The position numbers and the translations under genes were made by a program. A stretch of DNA of 59,901 bases from Chitinophagales bacterium (GTDB taxonomy: Bacteria > Bacteroidota > Bacteroidia > Chitinophagales > BACL12), in the NCBI GenBank assembly GCA_036734545.1, contig DAIMYJ010000001.1, positions 8,875 to 68,775 on the forward strand. Direction: 5' to 3'. Below the pieces are notes generated by a model that saw only the letters and a list, made by a program, of their open reading frames with translations, made no database searches and was not told the DNA's origin. Shown in pieces: positions 18,099 to 27,008 of this stretch (its first letter is position 1; the number at the start of each line of letters is the position of its first letter).

Positions 18099-18356
18099 TC
18101 ACTCGGTCTGCAGTGTTGGCGGTGCTTCCAACACAGAGCGCACATCATTGTATTTGTATACGGATACGATGACACACACCAGAATGATGAGCAGGCACAT
18201 CATACGCACTACCCCTCCGTTCAATTGCTGCCATTCCCTGAAGCTTTCTCTTTTGGTTCGGGCGGTATGCATCCATCCTGCTGCAAAGGCATACAGAACA
18301 GCTGCCATGAGGGCGATAAAGCCCATGAAGATCACCCATTGATAAAATTCCTGCAT
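18099..18356 (-). CDS. Small two-TM membrane protein, coupled downstream of the nucleoside transporter
   Basis: Start lies 4 nt after the nupC-like stop. Two hydrophobic helices (WVIFMGFIALMAAVLYAFAAGW and MMCLLIILVCVIVSVY). Confidence 0.55.
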   Translation of the reverse strand: MQEFYQWVIFMGFIALMAAVLYAFAAGWMHTARTKRESFREWQQLNGGVVRMMCLLIILVCVIVSVYKYNDVRSVLEAPPTLQTE

Positions 18357-18360
18357 ACGG

Positions 18361-19707
18361 TCAGATGATCATGCCGGCAATAGCCGCGGTGAAAAAACAA
18401 GCAACCGTACCTCCCAGCAAGGCACGTAAACCTAATTGCGATAAAGAAGTTTTTTGATTGGGTGCCAAAGCGCCGATACCGCCGATCTGAATACCGATGG
18501 AGGCGAAATTCGAAAATCCGCACAAGGCATAGGTGGCGATGATCACGGATTTCTCATCCAGCATACCCTTTACTTCACCCAAAGTGGCATAAGCCACAAA
18601 TTCATTGATGATCGTTTTCTCGCCCAATAACTGTCCAACCAGCAGAATATCAGAAGTAGGTGTTCCAAGTAACCATGCCACAGGAGCCATCACGAGCCCG
18701 AATATATAGTCGAGTGAAAGTCCGGAATAAGCATTGTTGGTATAAGCAGCGATATTATCATTGATGCCGAGCAAACCACCTATCCCCAGAAACATCGAAT
18801 TGAACATAGCCATAAAAGCAGTAAAGGCGAGCAACATGGCTCCCACGTTCACGGCCAGTTTCAAACCATCGGTCGTGCCGTTGGCAACTGATTCGATCAC
18901 GTTACTGCCGATGCGTTCCTTGTTCACTTTTAATTCTGAATCCACTTTTTCCGTCTGCGGAAACAACATTTTCGCCGCTACGATCGCAGCAGGTGCGCTC
19001 ATGATCGAAGCACTCAGGAGGTGCATGGCGAACATCTTTTGCTTCGCAATGTCATCACCGCCTAAAAATCCAATATAAGCGGCCATAACGCCACCGGCAA
19101 TAGTTGCCATTCCACCTACCATAACACACAATAATTCAGAGCGTGTCATCCTTTCCAGATATGGACGGATAAGCAGTGGGGCTTCAGTTTGCCCGAGGAA
19201 AATATTCCCTGCGGCATTCAAACTTTCCGCGCCGCTTAAGCGCATGGTCTTGCTCATCACCCAGGCAAATCCATAAACGATCTTTTGCAGTATGCCCAGA
19301 TAGTACAACAGACTTGTAAGCGCTGAAAAAAAGATAACGGTGGGCAATACCTTGAATGCGAATATGTAGCCCACAGTAAATAATTCACCGGTAATACCGT
19401 CAGCCACCGTCGTAACAGAAGGCCAGTCGCCTAACACGAACGTAGCTCCGGCATTGGTATAGCCGATGACCATGACAAAGAAGTCGGCCATGGCCTGGAA
19501 CACTCTTTGTATCCAGTCAAACCGATACCCGGTGTATGTTTCCGTTAGATCGGGTAATGCGATGATAAGGAATGCAAATAGGAACTGGATGGTCAGGCCG
19601 CTGCCAACGAGTTTCCAGTCTATCGCTTTACGGTTATTGCTAAACAGGTAGCAGACGCCCACCAGAAAGGCAATACCCAATAATCCGCGCAGGATCGATT
19701 CTATCAT
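18361..19707 (-). CDS. NupC/CNT-family concentrative nucleoside transporter
   Basis: Polytopic ORF with CNT-like blocks (GQTEAPLLIRPY, GGMATIAGGVMAAY, CGFSNFASIGIQIGG). The ATG at 19707 (MIESILRGLLG) is preferred because the longer track ORF overlaps crcB. Confidence 0.85.
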   Translation of the reverse strand: MIESILRGLLGIAFLVGVCYLFSNNRKAIDWKLVGSGLTIQFLFAFLIIALPDLTETYTGYRFDWIQRVFQAMADFFVMVIGYTNAGATFVLGDWPSVTTVADGITGELFTVGYIFAFKVLPTVIFFSALTSLLYYLGILQKIVYGFAWVMSKTMRLSGAESLNAAGNIFLGQTEAPLLIRPYLERMTRSELLCVMVGGMATIAGGVMAAYIGFLGGDDIAKQKMFAMHLLSASIMSAPAAIVAAKMLFPQTEKVDSELKVNKERIGSNVIESVANGTTDGLKLAVNVGAMLLAFTAFMAMFNSMFLGIGGLLGINDNIAAYTNNAYSGLSLDYIFGLVMAPVAWLLGTPTSDILLVGQLLGEKTIINEFVAYATLGEVKGMLDEKSVIIATYALCGFSNFASIGIQIGGIGALAPNQKTSLSQLGLRALLGGTVACFFTAAIAGMII

Positions 19708-19739
19708 AAATACGTGTCCGGTTGTGTGCAAAAAATGCC

Positions 19740-20117
19740 TTATGCACGGGTGAACATATAACCGCCGAAGGTCATGGCCAGGCCGAGTAAAAGACTGATA
19801 AAGATATAGAAAATTGCCATCTGGTAATGCCCTTCGCGCAGCAGCAGTATGTTCTCCATTGTAAATGCCGAGAATGTCGTGAACCCGCCGCAAACACCAA
19901 CCGTGAGCACAGACCGCCAGTCGGATACAGGTATGTTCTGACGTTCAAAGAAACCATACAGGCAGCCGATAGCAAGTGCCCCGAGCAGGTTTACCGTAAG
20001 GGTGCCATAGGGAAACCCGGAAGGCAGGTGTTTTAGGGTCCAGGCGCCGATCATCCAACGCAAAACGGTTCCGGCGAAGCCACCCAAACCTACCCAGATG
20101 ATCAGTTTAAGTGACAT
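19740..20117 (-). CDS. crcB: Fluoride ion channel CrcB/FEX
   Basis: 125 aa with four TM segments. Motifs GLGGFAGTVLRW and GVCGGFTTFSAF are typical of CrcB. Confidence 0.9.
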   Translation of the reverse strand: MSLKLIIWVGLGGFAGTVLRWMIGAWTLKHLPSGFPYGTLTVNLLGALAIGCLYGFFERQNIPVSDWRSVLTVGVCGGFTTFSAFTMENILLLREGHYQMAIFYIFISLLLGLAMTFGGYMFTRA

Positions 20118-20126
20118 ACAGTTACA

Positions 20127-20735
20127 TCAGGCATTTTTCCTGCGTTCGATCTCGTCGCGCACGCGGGCCGCAGATTCATAGTCCTCATGATCGAGAAACT
20201 CCTTCAGTCGTTCATTGAGGTCTTTCAAAGACATGGCACCGAGTTCTTCTGTGCCGGCAGTCTCTTCCTGGAGGGATTCCAGTGTTGTGTCGATGTCTTC
20301 ATCCTCCTCTTCCTCTGATTCAGGTTCGTTGATGATGGCACCGGCTGCATCCAGAATAAATTCGTAGGTAAATATGGGGCAGTTGAAACGCACAGCGAGG
20401 GCAAGTGCATCACTCGTTCTGGAGTCTATTTCGAACTCCTGTCCGTCGCGTTCACAGATCAGCTTGGAATAAAATATCCCCTCCTGTAAGTTATCAATCA
20501 GGATCTCCTTTAACGTGATCTGAAATATGGTGAATATGTTTTTGATCAGATCGTGCGAGAGCGGTCTGTTGATCACCACTTTTTCGATCGCCACAGCAAT
20601 AGCCTGCGCTTCAAATGCGCCGATCACGATGGGTAATTTTCTGAGTCCATGCTTCTCGCTCAGCAGTACCGCATAGCTCTGCGATTGCGTGATCGTATGC
20701 GACAAACCGGATATTTCGAGCTCAACCTTTTGCAT
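20127..20735 (-). CDS. Bifunctional nuclease family protein (DUF151) with a C-terminal UVR motif
   Basis: The N-terminus LPIVIGAFEAQAIAVAIE...RPLSHDL is typical of the DUF151 nuclease family. An acidic linker is followed by a UvrB/C-like motif (HEDYESAARVRDEIERRK). Confidence 0.8.
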   Translation of the reverse strand: MQKVELEISGLSHTITQSQSYAVLLSEKHGLRKLPIVIGAFEAQAIAVAIEKVVINRPLSHDLIKNIFTIFQITLKEILIDNLQEGIFYSKLICERDGQEFEIDSRTSDALALAVRFNCPIFTYEFILDAAGAIINEPESEEEEDEDIDTTLESLQEETAGTEELGAMSLKDLNERLKEFLDHEDYESAARVRDEIERRKNA

Positions 20736-20805
20736 GGCTACTCGCTAAGTTACATATTCCTGAATGAGATAACAATGACCTGAATGTGGATGATGCATAT
20801 GCCGA

Positions 20806-21756
20806 TCAACCGGCGTTTCGCAGTTGTTTTACGGCCTCCGTGATCTTGGGCAATACCTCAAAGGCGTCGCCTACAATACCGTAGTCGGCTGCCTTGAAGA
20901 ATGGTGCTTCAGGATCCTTGTTGATCACCACGATCACCTTACTCTGGTTCACGCCGGCCAAGTGCTGGATGGCACCGGAAATACCCACGGCAATATACAG
21001 GGTCGGCTTGATGGTGATGCCGGTCTGTCCAACATGCTCATGATGCGGCCTCCAGCCGATGTCGGCCACAGGACGTGAACAGGCGGTAGCGGCACCCAGG
21101 GCCTTGGCCAGGTCTTCCACGATACCCCAGTGTTCAGGGCCTTTCAAACCGCGTCCACCCGATACAACGATCTCAGCCTCCGGCAGCGGAACATGACCAC
21201 CGGCCTCGTCTTCCACGGCTGTGATGGCATAATCAAAATCGGAATCCGACAGGCTAACGCTAAAAGATTCTACCGGACAGGTTCCCTCCCCTGTGCCCGG
21301 TTTATATGAGTTTGGATTCAGGGTAATGACTTTTTTTGCGCCCTGCAGTGCAAGATCGGCAAAGGCTTTACCGCTGAACACGGCCTTTCTTACCGTATCA
21401 CCTGCAGGCAGTGCATTAACGCCGGGAAACAATGATGCGCCCATACGAACGGCCACTCGCGGTGCAACCATCTTTCCGGTGGAATTGTGGGATAATACCA
21501 CCACATCCGCACCGATCGAGTCAGCAGCCGCTGCGATCGCTTTGGTATATGCTTTACTGTATACCTGATCCAGTTTCGCATCTGCCAGATGCAATACTTT
21601 TTGGATGCCCAGTTTTCCCAACTGCGACAATTCCGCGGCATCGGCCGTGCCTATTGCCAGCGCTATGGTATCTCCCATGGCAGCAGCAAATGCAGCCGCT
21701 TCCTGAGATGTTTTTTTCAGTTTTCCGTTTACGGTTTCTACAAATACTAATTGCAT
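20806..21756 (-). CDS. etfA: Electron transfer flavoprotein subunit alpha
   Basis: 316 aa. C-terminal FAD-binding block (GQTGITIKPTLYIAVGISGAIQHLAGV...INKDPEAP). Confidence 0.92.
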   Translation of the reverse strand: MQLVFVETVNGKLKKTSQEAAAFAAAMGDTIALAIGTADAAELSQLGKLGIQKVLHLADAKLDQVYSKAYTKAIAAAADSIGADVVVLSHNSTGKMVAPRVAVRMGASLFPGVNALPAGDTVRKAVFSGKAFADLALQGAKKVITLNPNSYKPGTGEGTCPVESFSVSLSDSDFDYAITAVEDEAGGHVPLPEAEIVVSGGRGLKGPEHWGIVEDLAKALGAATACSRPVADIGWRPHHEHVGQTGITIKPTLYIAVGISGAIQHLAGVNQSKVIVVINKDPEAPFFKAADYGIVGDAFEVLPKITEAVKQLRNAG

Positions 21757-21779
21757 ATGACTGATTCTGTAAATTGGGA

Positions 21780-22520
21780 TTAAATTACTTTGGCTTCGTT
21801 GTGCAGCAGCTGTACAAGCTCAGCGGCATTTTCAGGCGTGATCATCTTGCAGCCGGTTTTTTCGGCGGGCAGTGCAAAGGTTTTAACAGCCGTTTGCGCA
21901 GCCGTTACAGATGGGTTTAGCACCTGCACCGGCTTGGTTTTGGATGCCAGGATGCCGCGCATGTTCGGGATACGTGCTTCCGCCATACCTTTTTGTGCAC
22001 TTACCACGCAGGGCATCTTTACCTGCACGGTTTGTTTTACCCCTTCCAATTCCTGTGCTACCACCAGACCGCTTCCATCCACATCCAGTTTGGCTGCGAG
22101 CGCCACATAGGGAAGGTCGAGGAGTTCAGCCAGCATAGCGCCAACCACCCCACCATTGTAATCGATGGTCTCCTTTCCGGTGAAAATGATATCATAACCT
22201 GCGCTACGGGCATGCTCTGCAATATTCGCTGCCACCTGATAGGCATCCATCGGATCCAGATCAATGCGGATCGCATCATCGGCACCTAAGGCCAGCGCCT
22301 TACGGATGATCTGCTCATTGTCGGCCTTGCCAACATTGATCACGGTCACCGTGCCTCCGAGGGTCTCTTTTAATTCCAATGCTCTTACCAGGGCATACCA
22401 TTCATCGTAGGGGTTGATTATGAACTGAACACCCTGTTCATTGAAACGGGTATTATTATCCGCAAAGGCAACCTTGGAAGTAGTATCAGGGGCTTTGCTG
22501 ATGCAGACAAGTAGTTTCAT
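21780..22520 (-). CDS. etfB: Electron transfer flavoprotein subunit beta
   Basis: The ATG at 22520 gives MKLLVCISKAPDTTSKV, a typical EtfB N-terminus. It lies 23 nt upstream of etfA. The track ORF extension to 22736 is not supported. Confidence 0.9.
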   Translation of the reverse strand: MKLLVCISKAPDTTSKVAFADNNTRFNEQGVQFIINPYDEWYALVRALELKETLGGTVTVINVGKADNEQIIRKALALGADDAIRIDLDPMDAYQVAANIAEHARSAGYDIIFTGKETIDYNGGVVGAMLAELLDLPYVALAAKLDVDGSGLVVAQELEGVKQTVQVKMPCVVSAQKGMAEARIPNMRGILASKTKPVQVLNPSVTAAQTAVKTFALPAEKTGCKMITPENAAELVQLLHNEAKVI

Positions 22521-22543
22521 GCGTAACGTTTGGATTCGGAGTG

Positions 22544-22551
22544 CAAAGATA
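22544..22551 (-). promoter_or_regulatory. Candidate Bacteroidota -7 promoter box (TAtcTTTG) for etfBA
   Basis: The reverse complement of caaagata is TATCTTTG, matching the TAnnTTTG consensus. It lies 24 nt upstream of the etfB ATG. Confidence 0.45.
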
Positions 22552-22631
22552 GGGCTTAAAGGGCAAAAAACGGCTTTTTCCCTATTTTCCATATACCTCC
22601 CTTGCGACAGGGATGGCCCCTGATTACGGCG

Positions 22632-22639
22632 TATCTTTG
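22632..22639 (+). promoter_or_regulatory. Candidate Bacteroidota -7 promoter box (TAtcTTTG) for the TPR gene/tilS
   Basis: TATCTTTG matches TAnnTTTG and lies 22 nt upstream of the ATG at 22661. Confidence 0.45.
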
Positions 22640-22660
22640 CGGTCTGGAAATACTTGTTCA

Positions 22661-22987
22661 ATGAGCCGGATACCGCAACTACTGGAATACCTGAAGAACA
22701 CCCCCGAGGATGCCTTTTTGAATTACGCACTGGCACTGGAATACATTAAATCCGGCCAGCCGGAGGAGGGTCTCCGATATTTCGAGCATTTAACCGCTAC
22801 ACAACCTGATTACATCGGCACATATTATCACCTGGCCAAACTTTATATCCGGCTGGGCAGAAGAGAGGATGCCGAATCCACCTATACCAAAGGTATAGAG
22901 ATCGCAAAACGCCTGCAGGACCAGCACGCGCTCGCTGAACTCCAGAATGCAGCATTGAATTTCCGCATGGGCCTCGACGAGGACTGA
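22661..22987 (+). CDS. Small tetratricopeptide-repeat protein
   Basis: TPR-like helices (AFLNYALALEYIKSGQPEEGLRYFEHL, YIGTYYHLAKLYIRLGRREDAESTY). The ATG at 22661 is preferred. Confidence 0.7.
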   Translation: MSRIPQLLEYLKNTPEDAFLNYALALEYIKSGQPEEGLRYFEHLTATQPDYIGTYYHLAKLYIRLGRREDAESTYTKGIEIAKRLQDQHALAELQNAALNFRMGLDED

Positions 22988-22996
22988 TACCGACTT

Positions 22997-24352
22997 ATGG
23001 CACTAACTCCGCAAATATTCCAGGCGCATCTGCGATCCACCGGACTCTGTGGTCCGGAAGACCGCTTGTTGCTGGCAGTGAGCGGCGGACTGGACAGCAT
23101 GGCCATGTGGCATTTATTCCGAGTGTCAGGTTTTGCCGTTGGTGTGGCGCATATGCATTTTCAATTGCGCGACACAGATGCCGATGCCGATCAGCAATTC
23201 GTGGAGGAAGCCGCCAGGGCATCCAATACCCCGTTCCACACCACACGTGTTTCTACACGGGAATACGCCCGACAACATAAATTGTCGATCGAAGAGGCCG
23301 CCAGGATACTCCGCTATCAATGGCTGGAGGAGATACGGTCAGCCAACGGCTACACCCATATTTGCACAGCCCATCATGGCGATGATCAGGCGGAAACGAT
23401 GCTCATGCATCTGGTGCGTGGTACCGGCGTTAAAGGATTAAGCGGTATACCGTTGAGGTCACAACAGGTGATCCGCCCCCTCCTATTCACCGACAGAGCT
23501 GCACTATCAGCATATTGCTCGGAGCATCAGGTGCAATATCGGGAAGATGCGACCAATGCAGACACCGACATCAGAAGGAATTTCATCCGGCATAAGATTA
23601 TGCCGCTCCTGCGCGAACTCAACCCCTCACTTATTCAAACCATGCGTGAAAATGCAGAAAGAATGGGCGATGCGGCAGGTTTGATGCAGGAACGCTCAGA
23701 TGCATTATTGCACAGATGGCTGACTGTTAAAGGGGACGACATACTACTGCCGACCAAACGGATAACACACCATAAGGCAGGCAGATCGCTCCTGTATCAT
23801 TGGCTGTCGGCTTATGGCTTCAACAACGATCAGTGTGCGCAGATCTGGGAGGCAGCCGGAAACAGCGGCAGGCAATTCCTGAGTGCAACACACCGTCTGG
23901 TAACTACCGGAAGCCATTTTCTGCTTACCGGACATCAGCCGTCGGCGATAAGCATGGTATACATTGATCAGGAGCAACGTGCCGTTCAATTTGGGAAGTC
24001 TGTGTTGCATTTTGAGATACTACGGAATGCTCCGGGGTTATCCGTGCACACCTCACCGGATACAGCACTGTTTGATGCTGAGAAGTTACAATGGCCGCTG
24101 GCATTGCGCATCTGGGAAAAGGGCGACTATTTATATCCGCTCGGTTTGACCAAACCTAAAAGCGGTAAGCCCGGCAAAAAAAAGGTAAGCGATCTGTTGG
24201 TTGACATTAAAATGTCTATCCCGGACAAGGAGCGCACTCCGGTGTTAATGAGCGGTGACCATATCATTTGGGTAGCCGGCGTGCGACAGGATGGGCGGTT
24301 TGCGGTAACAGGCAAAACAACCCGGGTTTTACGTGTGCATCTCACCACATAA
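22997..24352 (+). CDS. tilS: tRNA(Ile)-lysidine synthetase
   Basis: PP-loop motif LLAVSGGLDSMAM, then AHHGDDQAETMLMHLVRG. 451 aa. Confidence 0.9.
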   Translation: MALTPQIFQAHLRSTGLCGPEDRLLLAVSGGLDSMAMWHLFRVSGFAVGVAHMHFQLRDTDADADQQFVEEAARASNTPFHTTRVSTREYARQHKLSIEEAARILRYQWLEEIRSANGYTHICTAHHGDDQAETMLMHLVRGTGVKGLSGIPLRSQQVIRPLLFTDRAALSAYCSEHQVQYREDATNADTDIRRNFIRHKIMPLLRELNPSLIQTMRENAERMGDAAGLMQERSDALLHRWLTVKGDDILLPTKRITHHKAGRSLLYHWLSAYGFNNDQCAQIWEAAGNSGRQFLSATHRLVTTGSHFLLTGHQPSAISMVYIDQEQRAVQFGKSVLHFEILRNAPGLSVHTSPDTALFDAEKLQWPLALRIWEKGDYLYPLGLTKPKSGKPGKKKVSDLLVDIKMSIPDKERTPVLMSGDHIIWVAGVRQDGRFAVTGKTTRVLRVHLTT

Positions 24353-24382
24353 AAAAACCGGCAGGTCATACAACGCTGCCGG
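24351..24382 (-). terminator. Rho-independent terminator for the minus-strand protease gene (hairpin shared with the tilS 3' end)
   Basis: 7-bp GC-rich stem (ccggcag 24358-24364 / ctgccgg 24376-24382). On the minus strand it is followed by a T7 run (A-run 24351-24357 on plus). Confidence 0.6.
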
Positions 24383-24414
24383 TCTATTCGTTCAACCACA
24401 CGGGTTCACTTCAA

Positions 24415-25854
24415 TTATTCTGCAATGAACAGGCGGATATTTTCTGTTTGATTTCCGGAACGGATACGCACCATGTAAAAGCCTTCAGACACAGCAGGGA
24501 TCTCGAATGTATAGGTCTGATTGCCCGAAAGGATCGTAAAACCATCGGTAGCGACCAGTCGTCCTGTATAATCAACCAATTCTATTACCGCATCCTCTGA
24601 AACAGCCGCAGAATAGCCGATCTGGATAGCTTGTCCGGCAACCGCGGGATTCGGGTAAACGGTCAGTGACTCAAAAAGGTCGGTCGTTGCAACATCGGTC
24701 ATGGTCAGTGTTCCGGTGTTAAATGACCAGGCCAATGAGGTAGCCTCACAGGTATTGGCCGGCGCCAGCGGACGTATTCTCCAATAATATGTTTTGTCTT
24801 CTGCCAGCTCAGTGATGATGTAGGAGGTATCGCTGGTGATCACATCGGCAGCAATGGCAGAAAAGCTCGGGCTGAAAGATATCTGCAGGTGATACTCTGC
24901 AGCACCAGCTGCGGATGTCCATTGCAGTTCCACATAGTTATAATAGTTCTCCAGAGCCAGGTTGGGAGGTGAAAGCGGTACCGGTGTTTCTGTCACATCC
25001 ACATATACCGGTTCCGGGAAGTCCAGAAAGTCATTACGTGGGCCCAGCAGATTAGCGCGCATGGCCTCCATTTGCTCTTCGGAAAAGCGGGTGGCACATT
25101 CGTCGTTCGCATAGCTCATATACAGCGAACCATCGCTAAAGAAGGTTTCGCCGAACGGGTCGGTTTGTTCCGGTCCGGGGCAGAACCACCTGTAAGGCAG
25201 GTAATCGGGTGGCGTATCGCAGAATCCATCAGCTGAGGAATTACAGTTGTCGCCATTCACCCATTCCTGGTCCTCATCATCCGGTGTTCCCCATTCCCAG
25301 CCGTAGAAGGTGTGCGGGAGGGAAAAGAAGTGGCCAAACTCATGGGCAATGGTAGTATTTCCTGGCAGTCCGCAGGAGTTACGGATAGCCACAGCATCTT
25401 CTGATGGGCTGAAGTAGCCGCAGTTCCCTGCAGGGTCAGCCACAAAATAGATGTTTGCGACATCGTTCACATTGTAGTCTTCCATCATTTCACCGCCATC
25501 GAGGAAATTGTGCTCGTAGTAGTCGGAATTGTCGATGTAATTGATGTCCTCATAAATGTAGAAGATAAAGCCTGTCTCAGCGAATTTTTCATTCAATTCG
25601 CAGAAGGCCTGGAACAGGTAGCTCAGGTTGTAGTAGCCGGTACCATCATCTGTACCTACAATGTGGACTTTGGTGGGGATATAATACGTAGAACCTCCCC
25701 TGCTGAATTCGCCGGGAACATAGCTGGCCTGGTAAGCACGCAGCCAGGCAAGGTCTTCCTCGGTCTGCAGCGTTCCGCAGAAACCATCGGTAGACTGGGC
25801 CTTCAGGTTGCTTACACCAAGGGCAATAAGGGATAAAAACAGGATTTTTCGCAT
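24415..25854 (-). CDS. Secreted zinc metalloprotease (metzincin, M43/pappalysin-like) with an Fn3-like domain and a type-A T9SS CTD
   Basis: Signal peptide MRKILFLSLIALGVSNLKAQ. Zinc motif HEFGHFFSLPH plus downstream CDTPPD. Fn3-like segment (VELQWTSAAGAAEYHLQI...YYWRIRP). C-terminal LTVYPNPAVAGQ...GFYMVRIRSG...RLFIAE. Confidence 0.8.
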   Translation of the reverse strand: MRKILFLSLIALGVSNLKAQSTDGFCGTLQTEEDLAWLRAYQASYVPGEFSRGGSTYYIPTKVHIVGTDDGTGYYNLSYLFQAFCELNEKFAETGFIFYIYEDINYIDNSDYYEHNFLDGGEMMEDYNVNDVANIYFVADPAGNCGYFSPSEDAVAIRNSCGLPGNTTIAHEFGHFFSLPHTFYGWEWGTPDDEDQEWVNGDNCNSSADGFCDTPPDYLPYRWFCPGPEQTDPFGETFFSDGSLYMSYANDECATRFSEEQMEAMRANLLGPRNDFLDFPEPVYVDVTETPVPLSPPNLALENYYNYVELQWTSAAGAAEYHLQISFSPSFSAIAADVITSDTSYIITELAEDKTYYWRIRPLAPANTCEATSLAWSFNTGTLTMTDVATTDLFESLTVYPNPAVAGQAIQIGYSAAVSEDAVIELVDYTGRLVATDGFTILSGNQTYTFEIPAVSEGFYMVRIRSGNQTENIRLFIAE

Positions 25855-25949
25855 AGGCTGGATGTGGAATATTTGTGTAAAGTTAAAGAGAGCAACATAA
25901 ATCTCTCATCAAAGTTTATGCACAATACGCCGAATCAGTCTAAATGGCA

Positions 25950-25957
25950 TAATTTTG
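25950..25957 (+). promoter_or_regulatory. Candidate -7 promoter box (TAatTTTG) for mdh
   Basis: TAATTTTG matches TAnnTTTG and lies 42 nt upstream of the mdh ATG. Confidence 0.4.
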
Positions 25958-25998
25958 CAGCCGCCTGACCTTGTTTAGGGGGCTAAAATGACAAAACC

Positions 25999-26943
25999 AT
26001 GAGTAAAGTAACCGTAATCGGCGCGGGTAATGTGGGCTCCACTGTGGCGAATGTTCTCGCCCACCGCGACTTCCTGAATGAAATTGTGGTGCTGGACATC
26101 AAAGAAGGCACTGCTGAGGGCAAGAGTCTGGATACCTGGCAGCAGGCGCCCATCGACAACTATAGCACCCGGGTGGTTGGGGTTACCAACGATTATGCCC
26201 GCACAGCTGATTCTGACGTAGTGGTGATCACCTCAGGCCTGCCTCGCAAGCCCGGGATGAGCCGCGACGACCTGATCAGTGTGAATGCCGGTATCGTTAA
26301 GTCGGTTACCGAGCAGGTGATCAAATACTCCCCGAACGCTATCATTATCGTGGTTTCCAACCCACTTGACGTTATGACTTACTGCGCCTACCTGACTGCC
26401 GGCATCAACAGCCGTCGCGTTTTCGGTATGGCGGGTATTCTGGATACTGCACGCTATCGTGCCTTTTTGGCAGAGGCATTGAAGGTGTCTCCCAAGGATA
26501 TCCAGGCTCTCCTGCTGGGCGGACATGGCGATACCATGGTGCCGCTGCCGCGTTATACCACGGTGAGCGGTATACCGGTGACCGAGCTGATCGACACCGA
26601 CAAACTCAACGCCATTGTGCAGAGGACTAAAGTTGGTGGCGGTGAGATCGTGAATCTGCTGGGCACTTCAGCCTGGTATGCACCGGGTGCTGCTGCTGCT
26701 CAAATGGTGGAGGCCATTATTAAGGACGAACGCCGCATATTCCCCGTTTGCGCATGGCTCGACGGTGAATACGGCCTTAAGGATATCTACCTCGGTGTGC
26801 CTTGTACACTCGGCAAGAATGGCATCGAGAATATCATTGAATTGCAACTGAACGCCGATGAGAAGCAATTGCTGACCGCTTCAGCAACAGCTGTGCGTGA
26901 GGTGATGGATGTGCTGGACAGAATGAACGCTGCCGCATCCTAA
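25999..26943 (+). CDS. mdh: Malate dehydrogenase (LDH-like MDH)
   Basis: Rossmann N-terminus KVTVIGAGNVGST, plus ITSGLPRKPGMSRDDL and GGHGDTMVP blocks. 314 aa. Confidence 0.95.
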   Translation: MSKVTVIGAGNVGSTVANVLAHRDFLNEIVVLDIKEGTAEGKSLDTWQQAPIDNYSTRVVGVTNDYARTADSDVVVITSGLPRKPGMSRDDLISVNAGIVKSVTEQVIKYSPNAIIIVVSNPLDVMTYCAYLTAGINSRRVFGMAGILDTARYRAFLAEALKVSPKDIQALLLGGHGDTMVPLPRYTTVSGIPVTELIDTDKLNAIVQRTKVGGGEIVNLLGTSAWYAPGAAAAQMVEAIIKDERRIFPVCAWLDGEYGLKDIYLGVPCTLGKNGIENIIELQLNADEKQLLTASATAVREVMDVLDRMNAAAS

Positions 26944-26966
26944 TTGCTCAGTTTGCAGTAACTTTC

Positions 26967-27002
26967 GACCGCATGATCAGGTGATCATGCGGTCTTTTTT
27001 TT
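26967..27002 (+). terminator. Strong rho-independent terminator after mdh
   Basis: Perfect 12-bp stem (gaccgcatgatc 26967-26978 / gatcatgcggtc 26983-26994), 4-nt loop, T8 run at 26995-27002. Confidence 0.9.
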
Positions 27003-27008
27003 ACCACC

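Noticed and set aside
18046-18342. 98-aa + strand ORF overlapping the 85-aa minus-strand small membrane gene
   Set aside because: The minus-strand frame gives two clean TM helices and is positioned 4 nt after the transporter stop. The + strand frame overlaps the 3' end of the preceding gene and has no features.
20118-20126. Looked for a fluoride riboswitch upstream of crcB
   Set aside because: Only 9 nt separate crcB from the upstream gene, and no crcB-motif-like structure is visible in the neighbouring sequence.
21780-22736. Long version of the etfB ORF (318 aa). Similar long versions exist for the nupC-like (to 19893), rlmH (from 51430) and lptE-like (to 44814) ORFs.
   Set aside because: The N-terminal extensions are Arg/Ser/Cys-rich, overlap neighbouring genes or promoters, and precede internal ATGs that give canonical family N-termini.
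25944-25960. TGGCATAATTTTGCA upstream of mdh looked like a sigma-54 -24/-12 promoter
   Set aside because: The GG-to-GC spacing is one nucleotide shorter than in the TGGCAC-N5-TTGC consensus, and sigma-54 is intolerant of spacing changes. The same sequence fits the sigma-A TAnnTTTG -7 box, and mdh is a housekeeping gene.
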